The position numbers and the translations under genes were made by a program. Source: Octopus sinensis (Eukaryota). Taken from it: a stretch of DNA of 64,000 bases. Numbering within the stretch: position 1 is the first letter of the stretch; every line of letters begins with the position of its first letter. Location: NCBI RefSeq assembly GCF_006345805.1, contig NC_043021.1:8556001-8620000 (forward strand), written 5' to 3'. Shown here one piece after another: positions 26,405 through 38,989 of the stretch. Below the pieces are notes generated by a model. That model worked only from the letters and a program-made list of their open reading frames with translations, had not been told where the DNA came from and did not search any database.

Positions 26405-26804
26405 CCTTCTATAAAATATTATATACATATATATATATATATATATATACATAGGCGTATTTTGGGATATATGTATGCGCAAAATAGCCGCTAAGAGTTA
26501 AGACCATGTCATCCTTTTTAGTATGCTGTCTGGCCCACTTGCGTCACATTACGATGGTCGGATAGCCATCAAAAGATTTATTACCAAATGCTTATCAACG
26601 TATATGAGACATCGGGTGCGTGTATGTGTGTGTGTGTGTGTAAATGACTAACAGTGTGATGGTATCGATACACTTAATACTTTATTTTACTTTATTCTAT
26701 GTTTTTTTTCCTTATTCTTTGTATTTTTCTTATTTTTCTTAATTACTTCCTGTCTGTATCTATAGTTTCGCAACTAAAGCTGTTCCTAGTGATTTCTTCT
26801 CAGG

Positions 26805-26952
26805 ACATATTCTTTGTAAGCCTACTACTTATTCCATCGGTCTCTTTTGCCGAACCGCTAAGTTACGGGGATGTAAACACACTAGCATAGGTTGTCAAGC
26901 GATGTAGGGAGGGGGAACAAACAGACACACAAACATATACACACACATACAT

Positions 26953-26995
<43 letters not shown>

Positions 26996-27153
26996 TAGAC
27001 GGGCTTCTTTCAGTTTCCGTCTACCAAATCCAGTCACAAGGTTTTGGTCAGCCCGAGGCTATAGTAGAAGACACTTGCCCAAGGTGCCACGCAGTGGGAC
27101 TGAACCCGGAACAATGTGGTTGGTAAGCAAACTACTTACCACACAGCCACTCC
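26805..27153 (-). mobile_element. SINE B (tail missing)
   Basis: Match to family. Confidence 0.8.
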
Positions 27154-28503
27154 GGGGAATTTCTTTTTTTTTTTTACTTCTTTTTTGGTTAGAAACATCA
27201 AACCGCATCGAAATTCCTATTTCTTGCTACTTACGATTCGAGCCCTCGGTTCGACTCCAGGCATCTTCCCTGGTCTTCGTGTTTGTATATTATTATTCCG
27301 CCGCTTTCTTCCAGAACTGACTTGGGGATATGCTAGGAGACCACTCGTCTAGATTTTTAACTCGAGTTGCCTCCCTTATCATATTTATTTCGTCCGATAG
27401 CTCGATTATTTCGGAGTTACGTTTATCTCTCGAGAAGCGGCTTGCCAAAAACTGGCTTTGTGTTAGGAAATTCTTTGTTTTCGCTTTCAGTAGCGACAAT
27501 ATTAGTAATGGTTTTATGACTGCTTCTAGTGGTTGCTGCTGACATAATAGCAGCGAAGAAGGCGGTGGTGATGGTGGTAATAGTGACGCTGGTGGTAGCG
27601 GTAGTTGTAACGATGGTTCATTGTCTCCACACACTGTTTTGATGTCTTGTTAGGACTCACGCCATTAGCCGCAAAGAGTAATCTCTAATTCGAGCCTACT
27701 TTAAGCTACTAAGAGTGCATGTGGCAACTTGAAGAACCACCCACCACACGCGATAGGCTGGCGGTTGCACGGGCGCGAAAGCTACGTTGTTATCCTCATT
27801 CTGTAAACGGTGGCGTTTTAACGGGTGGAGAGCTGAACTATCCTGGGGTACAGAGGATTCGCCATCTAGACTAGGATCTGAAAGGTTACTACACCATAGT
27901 GTGTTACACCATGGTTCCTCTTAACAAAGAACACTGCTTGTATTTCTATTCCTGTCCCGTCCCCTTATATTTTGACGAAAGAAAACTCTCTGAAACGTCG
28001 ACGTTTGTTTTACTGCACAGCATTAAATTCATTGGCTCCGTGCCTTGTTCATTATGCTTTTCAATAGTTTCTTTATCGTTGTTGCTCGCTCCCTACCTGG
28101 ATATAAATTAATTATCAGGATATCAGCATTTACATTTACCCTTAGAAATACAAAGTACCTTTTTTTAAAAATCATAATCATTTACATTACATCAGTGGAA
28201 ATATATGTCAGACAACTTTGATCAGGGTCTAAAATGAATTAAATGTATGTATGTATGTATGTATGTATGTATGTATGTATGTATGTATGTATGTATGTAT
28301 GTATGTATGTATCTATCTATCGATCTATCTATATATATATATATATATATATGTATTTATCTCTCTCTCTCTCTCTCTCTCTTGCTAAACCCTTAATTAC
28401 TTAGTATTACTTAAACCTTCCTCGAATGGGGCTTTTACATGCCGAAATCTACTTGGTGAAATTAATGATTACTCCAAATTAATTGATTTCACCCTATATT
28501 ATA

Positions 28504-28541
<38 letters not shown>

Positions 28542-28836
28542 CTGGTTTAATGACATTCTATGGAGTGGGTATTTTATACATAGAAAGACCAAGAATAAAC
28601 ATCCACACTCTTGTTAGAAATAGATAGAAGTAGAGAATATAAGTAGAAGTCGTTGCTGTTGTTGTTTAACCCCAGGTCAGTTCTGATGCAGTAGACAAAT
28701 GAACATAGATTTCTTCCAGCTGTGACTGTTTTGTAAAACTCATATACACTGTATCTCCGACTCCGATATCCGTGTATCCTCGATTTAAACGGTAATGCGT
28801 TATTTGACGGAGACATCACTACTATTTCTACAAGGT

Positions 28837-28886
<50 letters not shown>

Positions 28887-28949
28887 AAAGATCTCTCGAC
28901 CTTCTAGGTGTAGAAATAGTGGTAGAAGCATCTGTAATACAAGACAACA

Positions 28950-28965
28950 GCAGCAGCAACATCAT

Positions 28966-28996
<31 letters not shown>

Positions 28997-29096
28997 AGCA
29001 GTAGTAGTGGTAGTGCTAGTGCTAGTGGTGGTAGTAGTAGTAGTAGTAGTAGTGGCGGTGGTGGTGGTGGTGGTGGTGGTGGTGGTAGTGGTGGTG

Positions 29097-29143
<47 letters not shown>

Positions 29144-29201
29144 GGTGGTGGTAGTAGTAGTAGTAATAGTAGTAGTAGTAGTGGTAGTAGTAGTAGTGGT
29201 G

Positions 29202-29236
<35 letters not shown>

Positions 29237-29252
29237 GGTGGTAGTGGTGGTT

Positions 29253-29287
<35 letters not shown>

Positions 29288-29290
29288 GGT
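28950..29290. repeat. Mixed (CAG/CAT/AGT/GGT)n trinucleotide tract; similar (CCA)n tract at 49680-49910
   Basis: Direct inspection. Confidence 0.9.
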
Positions 29291-31122
29291 AACTTTGTTT
29301 TAAAAAAGATGGTAGAGGGTCATTTGAAGGTGAAATAGGCATTATTTCTAGCAGCTAAATTGACCGTATAGACTGCAGAAGCTCACACTTGTCGGCACAA
29401 ATATTAAGCATGTGTATGTATGTATGTGTGTGTGTGTGTGTGTGTGTGTCTGTGTGTGTGTGTATGTGTATGTGAGAGAGAGAGAGAGGGAAAGAAGGAG
29501 AGGGGGAGAGTGTGTGTGTATGAGAGAGAGAGAGAGTGTTTGTGTGTGAGAGAGAGAAATTGTGTGTGTGTGTATGTGCACACATACACGGAATTACACA
29601 CTACCGTTTTAAAAAGGAAGGTCACATTGGATAAAGTAGATTGGAGTAAAAAAAAATGCTAGAAAAAGATGGAATAGTCATGGCTGGAAAGTGCACGATT
29701 ATAGGGCCATCTCGTCGGGACCGGCAGAATGGGAGTTAAACACCAACGACAACAAAAGCAAACTTCGCTGATAAATAGATTTATATAAAAGGCGAAAACA
29801 CAAAAATAAGAGTGCATTAAAGGGAGACAACTTGTTATCTCTTCTCATGGAACCAAATGCATACATTATTGGGATAATGTCGCACCATCGAATTACTAGG
29901 TAAATGGATTAGCCACCGATCCCACGAAATAAGACATGCTGATTCCCGTTCTCATTACCTTTATTGAAGGTCAGTGACGCCCAGTTTTAAAACAATAGAA
30001 GAGGACATAGTAGGCGAGAGATCTCGGTAATTTCAATCAAAGTAACAATAGATGTGTATGTCAATATGAGTCTATATATGTAAGTATAAGCATGCTGTGT
30101 GTGAGTGTGTGTTTATACACACATACTCAAGCAAGCGTACATAGAGACACACATACACACATATATATATATGTTTGTACGTATATAATACACAGACAGA
30201 CACACAAGTACTTTCGCACAGTATAAGCACACATTCATAGAGACAGGCGCATATGTGCACGCACGCATATCTGAGCATAAGACGGACACACAGACAAATA
30301 AAACGCTCATTGAAAGAGGTGAATATGGGGGAAAGAGAGGGAGAGAGACAGACAGAAGCAGAGAGAGAGAGAAAAGGAGAGAGAGAGAAAGAAAGAGAGA
30401 GTGAGAGAAGGAGAAGGAGAGAGACAGACAGAAACAGAGAGAGAGAGAAAGAGAGATAGAGAGAAAGAGAGAGTGAGAGAAAGAGAGGGAGAGAGAGATG
30501 GCTAACAGATTTTAAAATTATCTAGGAGACATATACAACTCCAACGTTGGTCGCTTGTACCAGAGAACGATACAACGTTGCTCCGGCATGACCACACTCT
30601 TCCAGTATGACAACATTGTTTTAACCTTAAAAGAAGCAATACACAGAAGAAGAAACTATTACAAATCTCTTGGAGACAAATAGCAGAGCACTTTAAGCCT
30701 TATAGGAAGACAGTGACATTGCGAATTCTGTTAGACAATACTAACCACAACTAATGTTCTTGTAGGAGTCAGAATACCCTTAGCAATTTTAAAGAACACT
30801 GTCACACTATCAGCTATATTAGAAGACCACAACAAACAGTTCACGTCATTAATTAAAATGTAATCTTCTAATAGGGTTAATTACGGTGAACTTATGTTAA
30901 AGGCGCATGGGTGGCTGTGTGGTAAGGAGCTTGCTTTCCAACCACATGGTTTGGGGTTCAGTTCCACTGCATGGTATCTTGGACAGGTGTCGTTTATAGC
31001 CTCGGGCCGACCAAGATGATTTGTGAGAGGATTTGGTGGACGGAAACTAAAACAAGCCCGTCGTATATCTATATATATATATATCTATATATATATATAT
31101 ATAATATATATATATATAATAT

Positions 31123-31154
<32 letters not shown>

Positions 31155-31315
31155 ATATATATATCAAGGTATGACCACTAAGTGGACATCCAATATGCTA
31201 GAAGATCGGTGAATTTTTAGATTTTCTATATGCTAGGCTACTGGTTTTAAATTGATGTTAATTAAATTAATATTCATTTATCACCCTCATTGTTAAATAT
31301 ATATATATATATATA

Positions 31316-31382
<67 letters not shown>

Positions 31383-32519
31383 CTGTGCTTGTCGCTACCA
31401 CCATCACCGCCTCTTGACAACTGGTACTGATGTGTTTACGCCCCTTTAGCTTAGCTTAGCCGTTCAGCAAAATGTGATCGATAGAATAATTACAAGGCTC
31501 AAAACAAAAATAAGTATAGGGATCGATACATTCGACTAAGAATTCTTCATGATGGTGCCACAGCATGGCCACAGTCTAATGACTGAAACAAATAAAAGAA
31601 TAAAAGAACAAATATCTAGATTCCAAGGAAATCTAGGGTTAGTAATGGTCTATGTTCGTAATTAGGGAGGGTAAACATACTAACAGTGACGGTCAATAAA
31701 GTAGTGACGGTCTGAATTGGTAAATATTGAGTATAAAGCAGTGATGGTGTCTCAGTGAGTGATTATAAAGAAATGACGGTTTGCATTGATAAATATTGAT
31801 TCCAAATTCTGGCATAAGGCTAGCAATCTCGTGGAGCATTTAGCCCGGCGTGTTAGCGTTTCTTTCAGCTCGCTGCCATCGTGTGTTGGTAAATATTGAT
31901 CATAAGGCAATTATTCTATCTAAATCAGTCATCGTAAAGAAATGAAGGCATTTATTTGTAATTGCCGAGTAGAAGTTAGTCATGATATGTTTTAGCAATT
32001 ACTGAATATAACTTAGTGATGGTAACTCAGTCAAGGTTTATAAAGATATGGTAATGTATTTCCGTAATTAGTGACAATAAGATAATGATGGCATATACAA
32101 GTAATTACTAAGTAGCGATGGTTACTAAGTCAGGACTTATAAAGAGTTAATGGAAGTTCTTATTGATAATTATTAAGTACAAGGTAATGGTAACGTGTTA
32201 GTTATGAAGACGTGATGACATGCCTTGATAATTAATAAGTATAAAGTATTGACTGAATCTCAATTAGAGATTATAAAGTATTTACGACTGGTAATGATGT
32301 TTACTGAGTGTAGATTAATGATGAAGTAAGTCAGGGGTCACACTGTACAACGAAATAAAATTTTATTTTAGTTTTGTGTTTGGTCAGTAAGGGATATTTC
32401 CTATTTGCTTCTATCTAGAAATCAAAAGAATTGACTAATATTTACTTCAAACTTTGCATTCGTGACACGGACGTCAATGTTTTGAAACTGACCTATTTTC
32501 CATTACATTTCAGCGTTGA

Positions 32520-32710
32520 ATTGCTCAAGCAGAAATAACGTTATAACAAATATTCTGCTCAATAGCTCAGATTTGCTCGTCAGTTGCTTGACCATAACCA
32601 CTTGAGCATGTCCCTTAGTGACTGACGATATGTGCATCTCTGATCACGAGCGGAAGTAGTGGGGGAGCATCATAGACATATGTTGAGAGGGATTCTTTGG
32701 GGTTTGAATA
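32520..32710 (+). mobile_element. Unclassified dispersed repeat; second copy about 62385-62560
   Basis: Shared gagcatgtcccttagtg...gtagtgggggagcatcatag. Confidence 0.6.
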
Positions 32711-33122
32711 AATACCAGAAATGCAATTTTTGAAGTAAATATGAGCCATTTTTCATACTTTCTAGGCGTAAACAAACAAGAAATAACAGCTGTTACCCAA
32801 GGACAAAAATCGTGTTACATAGTGTTATTAAAAGTGAGGTTTAGAAGTGATAGCATATATTGGTAAATATTGGTTTAAAATTTTGGTACAAGGCCGGTAA
32901 GTTCGAAGGAGGGGGTAAGACGATTACATTGACCTCCCACCCCCACCCAGTGCTCAACTGGTATTTATTTTATCGACCTCGAAAGGGATAAAAGGGGGAA
33001 AGTCGACGTCGACAGGATTTGAACTCAGAACGCGAAAATGGACGAAATGCCGCTAAGCATTTTGCCTGGCGCGGTAACGATTCTACCTGATCGTCGCCTT
33101 ATTTATAAGTAAATATTGAATA

Positions 33123-33505
33123 TGGCGCAGGAGTGGCTGTGTGGTAAGTAGCTTGCTTACCAACCACGTGGTTCCGGGTTCAGTTCCACTATAGCTTCGG
33201 GCCGACCAAAGCCTTGTGACTTGATTTGGTAGACGGAAACTGAAATAAGCCCGTCGTATATATGTATATGTATATATATGTGTGTGTGTTTGTATGTCTG
33301 TGTTTGTCCCCCCCGCCAACATCGCTTGACAACCGATGCTGGTGTGTTTACGTCCGTAACTTAGCGTTTCGGCAAAAGAGACCTATAGAATAAGTACTAG
33401 GCTTACAAAGAATAAGTCCTGGGGTCGATTTGCTCGACTAAATGCGGTGCTCCAGCATGGCCGCAGTCAAATGACTGAAACAAGTAAAAGAGTAAAAGAG
33501 TAAAG
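33123..33505 (+). mobile_element. SINE B
   Basis: Match to family. Confidence 0.85.
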
Positions 33506-34074
33506 TGTATGAGATGTTGATGATATCCATGTTAGTAATTATAAAGTTGTGATGCTTTGTATTTTCAATTAGTGAGTCTTGCTTTGCTTTGTGCCCTTGT
33601 CTCCATAATGATATCTTAGAGGCCCTCTATTCCCTGAGGCTTTTCTGCCATACAAGGTGTCTTAGGAAATTTTTGGTCTTGTGGCGCCCATTTCTCTTCC
33701 AGTCCAATATCAGGCCGAATTATTCTAGAAACAGAGACACACAGACAGACAGAAAGAAAAAAATGAAATAAAGGAAGAATCGATCTTTTTTTTATCGAAC
33801 CATGAAGGGTGAAATGCGAAGTTGATCTCAATCTTAGAGTCGAGAAAACCAGAAATATGACCGCAAAATATCTATCCGACTCTCTAACTACTAGGCCAGT
33901 TTGCCGTCTTCGTTAGCGAGTGTACGATAGTGTCGCTTTGTATTGATGATTAGTGACTATTGATTAAATGATAGACTGTGTAAACAATTAGTTTAGCATG
34001 AACTGTTATTATTCAGAATAAATTGCTTGCCGTGTTGAAAAGGTTACGCAGGGTTTTTCACCGGAAATATACTC

Positions 34075-34492
34075 TTTACTCTTCTACTCTTTTACTTGTT
34101 TCAGTCATTTGAATGCGGCCATGCTGGAGCACCGCCTTTAGTCGAAGAAATCGACCCCGGGACTTATTCTTTGTAAGCCCAGTACTTATTCTATCGGTCT
34201 CTTTTGCCGAACCGCTAAGTGACGGGGACGTAAACACACCAGCATCGGTTGTCAAGCAATGCCAGGGGGACAGACACAGACACACGAACATATACACACA
34301 CACGTATAATATATATATACATATATACGACAGGCTTCTTTCAGTTTCCGTCTACCAAATCCACTCACAAGGCATTGGTCGGCCCGGGGCTATAGCAGAA
34401 GACACTTGCCCAAGATGCCACGCAGTGGGACTGAACCCGGAACCATGTGGTTGGTTAGCAAGCTACTTACCACACAGCCACTCCTGCGCCTA
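34075..34492 (-). mobile_element. SINE B
   Basis: Match to family. Confidence 0.85.
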
Positions 34493-34738
34493 TGTTTGTG
34501 TACTTTAAATAGAGTACGTCAAAGATGAGTTTACGCAGAGGTAGAGCAGTTAGTAGAGGCGAGTTTCGTAGGGGGAACCGTCTCTTGAACACAACTCTTT
34601 TCATGATTTACAAACTTCATTTATTGTGAAAATTCTTCGAAATAATTTGTGATTTGATTTCCAAATAATTATGCCGAGGAAAGTACACGGAGGTACAACA
34701 ATAATAGAAGGTATTTAACTGATAATGTCAGCAAAGTA

Positions 34739-35304
34739 TTGGGTTGTCCGGAAAGTTCGTGCCGATTTATAAAGGAAAGAAAAAGGTCAATAAATACTTG
34801 CCATTACATTTTTAATCATCCAAATATAAACCATTTTGTTGCACATTGCGTCTCCATCTTTCCTTTAACTTGAAAATACCCCCTTCCCAGAAATGAGGTG
34901 GTTTCATGGCAAACAATTCATCAAGGTATCTTTTTACGTCATTCAACGAATTGAAATTTTTACCATCAAGACTATTCTGCAGAGACCTGAATAAGTGGAA
35001 ATCCGAAGGAGCAATATCTGGTGAAAATGGAAGGTGGGGTAACACATCCCAGCCGAGCTGCAGCAATTTCTGTCTGGTTCCCAAAGCATCAAGTGCCGAA
35101 AATGAACTTTCTTATCTTCCATTTTAAAGGGTTACAGAATTAACACAGGTTATAGGAACATAAATCTTCTTCCACGAAAAGATAGCTTAAACTGTGCTCT
35201 AAATGGAGGTGTAGTCAAATCCTATTTTACGAACTCAACCATGTTCTAAAATAAGTCGAAAGGTAAGCTACTATAAATCGGCACGAACTTTCCGGACAAC
35301 CCAA
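34739..35304 (-). mobile_element. Internally deleted mariner with both TIRs
   Basis: TIR ttgggttgtccggaaagttcgtgccgatttata at both ends, TA TSD; ORF contains HLPFSPDIAPSDFHLF. Confidence 0.9.
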
Positions 35305-35520
35305 TAACTGTGAGAAATACAATAATTGTAGAAGAGCGACGTATTATCAGAAATGTAAATAATGTTGTTTAGTAAGTTGTCCTTATCAGACAGAGAATAT
35401 CAATACAATTCATATCAGTATAATTCAGTAAGAATCATTTTTATAATAGTCTCGTAGGGACAGATTGTGATAACAAGAATTGGGAAAGGGAAGGAGTTGT
35501 TTATATGAAAAACTAGTTTC

Positions 35521-35984
35521 TGACTTCGATATGATAATATATATTTCTTTACTACCCACAAGGGGCTAAACACAGAGTGAACAAACAAGGACAGGCAAAC
35601 GGATTAAGTCGATTATATCGACCCCAGTGCGTAACTGGTACTTATTTAATCGACGAGCAGAAACGTTAGCATGCCGGACGAAATGCTTAGCGGTATTTCG
35701 TCTGTCGCTACGTTCTGAGTTCAAATTCCGCCGAGATCAACTTTGCCTTTCATCCTTTAGGGGTCGATAAATTAAGTACCAGTTACGCACTGGGGTCAAT
35801 ATAATCGACTTGATCTGTTTGTCTGTCCTTGTTTGTCCCCTCTGTGTTTGGCCCCTTGTGGATACTAAGGAAATAGGTACTTATTTAATCGACCCCAAAA
35901 GGATGAAAGGCAAAGTCGACCTCGGCGAAATTTGAACTCAGAACGTAACGGCAGACGAAATAATGACTTCGATATGATAATATA
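35521..35984. mobile_element. Composite SINE A insertion (-,+,-) with 21-bp TSD
   Basis: tgacttcgatatgataatata at 35521-35541 and 35964-35984. Confidence 0.8.
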
Positions 35985-36084
35985 TTAAAATCAATGCCGA
36001 TGGTATTGAGCTCAGAATGTAATCTTCCGAAGCAAAGCATGCTTCCTATGAAAACACATTCATTTTAATAAAACAATGAACACA

Positions 36085-36246
36085 GGTGCTTCCCAACCAC
36101 ACGGTTTCCGGTTCAGTCCTACTCTGTTCTGTGGCACCTTGGGCAAGAGTCTTCTTCCAAAGCCTCAGGCCGACCAAAGCCTTGTGAGTAGATTTGGTAG
36201 ACGAAAACTGAAGCAAGCCCTTCGTCTATCTAACTATCTATCTATC

Positions 36247-36294
<48 letters not shown>

Positions 36295-36396
36295 TAGATA
36301 GAAGTCTGATACTCATTCTATCGGTCTCTTTATCCGAACCATTCAGTTACGGGGACGCAAACATACCAACACCGGTTGTCAAGTGGTGGTTTGGGT

Positions 36397-36436
<40 letters not shown>

Positions 36437-36670
36437 TACGTGTGTGTTTTTTTGTGTCTGTATTCGAACCCAAACCACCACTTGACAACCGGTGTTGGTA
36501 TGTTTGCGTCCCCGTAACTGAATGGTTCGGATAAAGAGACCAATAGAATGAGTATCAGACTTTAAAAAAATTTAGTGATGGGGTCGGTTTATTCAACTAA
36601 AAATTACTCGAGGCAGTGCTCCAGCTTGGTCGTAGTCTAATGACTGAATCAAGTAAAAAGTAAAAGATAA
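36085..36670 (+). mobile_element. SINE B with internal 99-bp inverted duplication
   Basis: 36302-36400 is the reverse complement of 36464-36562 (one mismatch). Confidence 0.8.
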
Positions 36671-36720
36671 ATAAACAATGGAAATCTCTTATAAATGTAA
36701 CGCGCATGCACAGTCATATA

Positions 36721-36876
36721 TAACACTGAAATAATGTATTTCTTTACTACCCACAAGGGGCTAAACACAGAGAGGACAAACAAGGACAGACAAACGGATT
36801 AAGTCGATTACATCGACCCCAGTGCGTAACTGGTACTTAATTTATCGACCCCGAAAGCATAACACTGAAATAATGG
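36721..36876 (-). mobile_element. 5'-truncated SINE A with 16-bp TSD
   Basis: taacactgaaataatg on both sides. Confidence 0.8.
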
Positions 36877-36959
36877 CGCACCGACATGGGTGACAAAAGA
36901 AGAGCTCTGTTCGTAGAAGAAGATAAAAGTAATGGAGGGAAAGTCAGTGATTATTGATC

Positions 36960-38880
36960 TATTTATATGCTAATCTTTGTTTGGCAAATTAAGTGAGATA
37001 AAAGAAGGAGAAAATCGGGTGCTGAATGAAATCAAGGTGGAAAATTACTAAGTGTTCATAAAGAAGAGTAACTTGTTGAATTGGACAGACTTCAAGAAAA
37101 CATACGATAAGATATCACGCTATCGAATTTTGGAAAGTATGAAAACTCTTGAGAATCATGGGAATGTTAACAGCTGTATTTATTTTAGGGAAAGGTGGGA
37201 AAGAGACGAAATCGTACGAAGTGAAACTAAACCACGGAACCGAATTATTGGGAAATGTGAAAATCCGGAGGGTAATATTAGAGGGAGACTCACTGTCTCT
37301 AGTGCTTTTCGGGATTACATTGATTCCTTCGATTAACATACTGGGAAAATGTAATATTGATTGAATTTGCTCAAAACGTACTGAAGCTAAATCGTCTGCT
37401 GTATTTGAGTGGCCTGAAATTATGTCTGAAATGTAAAAGTTTTTTGATTTTCTTAAACGGTAGAAATATGTAGCAAGGATATTGGTATGCAGGCTTTGGA
37501 TGAATACATGTACGGCGATGATTACGAAGTGGAGTCAGACGTTTAAAATTGATGGGTTAAATATGCCACAAGATGATATAAAGCATCAAGGGATCGCGCT
37601 TAATGATAAAATTATGGAAACGGAACTGTGAGAATCGCTAAAGAGTGAAAAATAAGGATTAAAAAAGGGGCTGAAACAAAACTAAAGATAGATAATATCG
37701 TCAAGGGAACTAACAACCAGTCAATATCAGTGTTGGGACTCTAAGCAACTCATTTGTTTAAAGTGGACAAAGAAGAGAGAATTATAAAAAAGAAATAGAA
37801 GAATTAGGAATCTGCATGCCGTGAAAATGCACAGAACCTTAATGATAATGTTCTTTCTACTATAAGCACAAGTCCTAAAATTGTGTGGGAGGGCCCAGTC
37901 GTTTATATCGACCCAAGTGCTCAACTAGTACTTAATTTATAGATCCTGGAAGTATGAAAGACAAAGTCGACCTTGGTGAGTCCTTTTTGAAGAGGGATGA
38001 AAGTAGAAGTTTGTTAAATATGAAAAAAAAAAAAAATTTTTTTAATTCCACAATTTTGAGTTTGGAAAAATGATGAAGTAGACAGTGACGAAAAGCTGAA
38101 ATCTGCAACATGAAATATGGAAGATGTTACTGAAACAGTGAAAAATTTCAAGGATGGTAAAAAAAACTGCAGGAAAAATTACTCGAAAGAGAAAGAGTGA
38201 TATGACCAATTTACATGGTAGAGAAAGTTGGCAATGAAGATTATTGATTATATTTGAGAGATGGAAACCTGAAAAGAGAAACTGACTTGTTAATTGTACG
38301 AGACCCTCGTAGCCCCTCAGTGGAATGCTATTAGAGCGAATTTGATAGCGATGAAAATTGATAAAATTTAGTCTGACAGCAAACACAGAATATGTAGAAA
38401 AAAAGTGAGTGTAAAAAGTGAGTGCAATAAACTAGTATAATAACAAAATAAACGCAGACATAGTAGCGTCAATATAAAAGTACACTGAAGTCTTAATTAC
38501 GTTTATAAATTCAAAGGGACGGAAAAGCGATATCAATACAAGCTAAGGGCCATAGAAACTGCTTCAAAGATACCAGCAGCCACAGAGTTTTTGTGTTCTT
38601 GGAACACAAAATTCACAGCATTATAAGATCATTAAGCTTACGTTCTCAGATGATAGTAGAATGGATATTAACGAAGCCGACCAAAGTTAAGAAACACAAG
38701 ACTGAAACTTGAACCTGTGGTAATTGGTGTCCTCTAAACAAGCTCCACCTACTACCTAGGGGCTGAACTTGCAGAAAAGTTCCATCCAGTATTCTACAAG
38801 AATCCTAACGAAAATTCTTGAGCTTTGAGGAGCTGGCTATCACCAAACTTCAGGATAACGTCTCAGTTAAAAGTTTAACA
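36960..38880 (+). mobile_element. Degenerate R4/Dong-like non-LTR element
   Basis: WTDFKKTYDKI (RT) and AIRANLIAMKIDK..DSKHRIC fragments; ends at a (TAA)n tract. Confidence 0.6.
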
Positions 38881-38888
38881 AGTAATCG

Positions 38889-38931
<43 letters not shown>

Positions 38932-38989
38932 TAATGATGATGATGATGATGATAATAGTAATAATAATAATAATGATAATAATAATATG

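Larger units (their letters stand above)
26222..26418. mobile_element. Penelope-like terminal repeat with inverted partial copy (perfect 126-bp palindrome)
   Basis: Palindrome 26293-26418 centred on AAGCTT; minus-strand copy continues to 26222; TA-rich flanks. Confidence 0.65.

Noticed and set aside
27293-27634. 113-aa minus-strand ORF
   Set aside because: Low-complexity start, no recognisable domain, stops before the strong donor; may be UTR or intron
33616-33724. Strong minus-strand acceptor followed by IIRPDIGLEEKWAP...
   Set aside because: No convincing donor or homology; cannot be tied to the Hv frame
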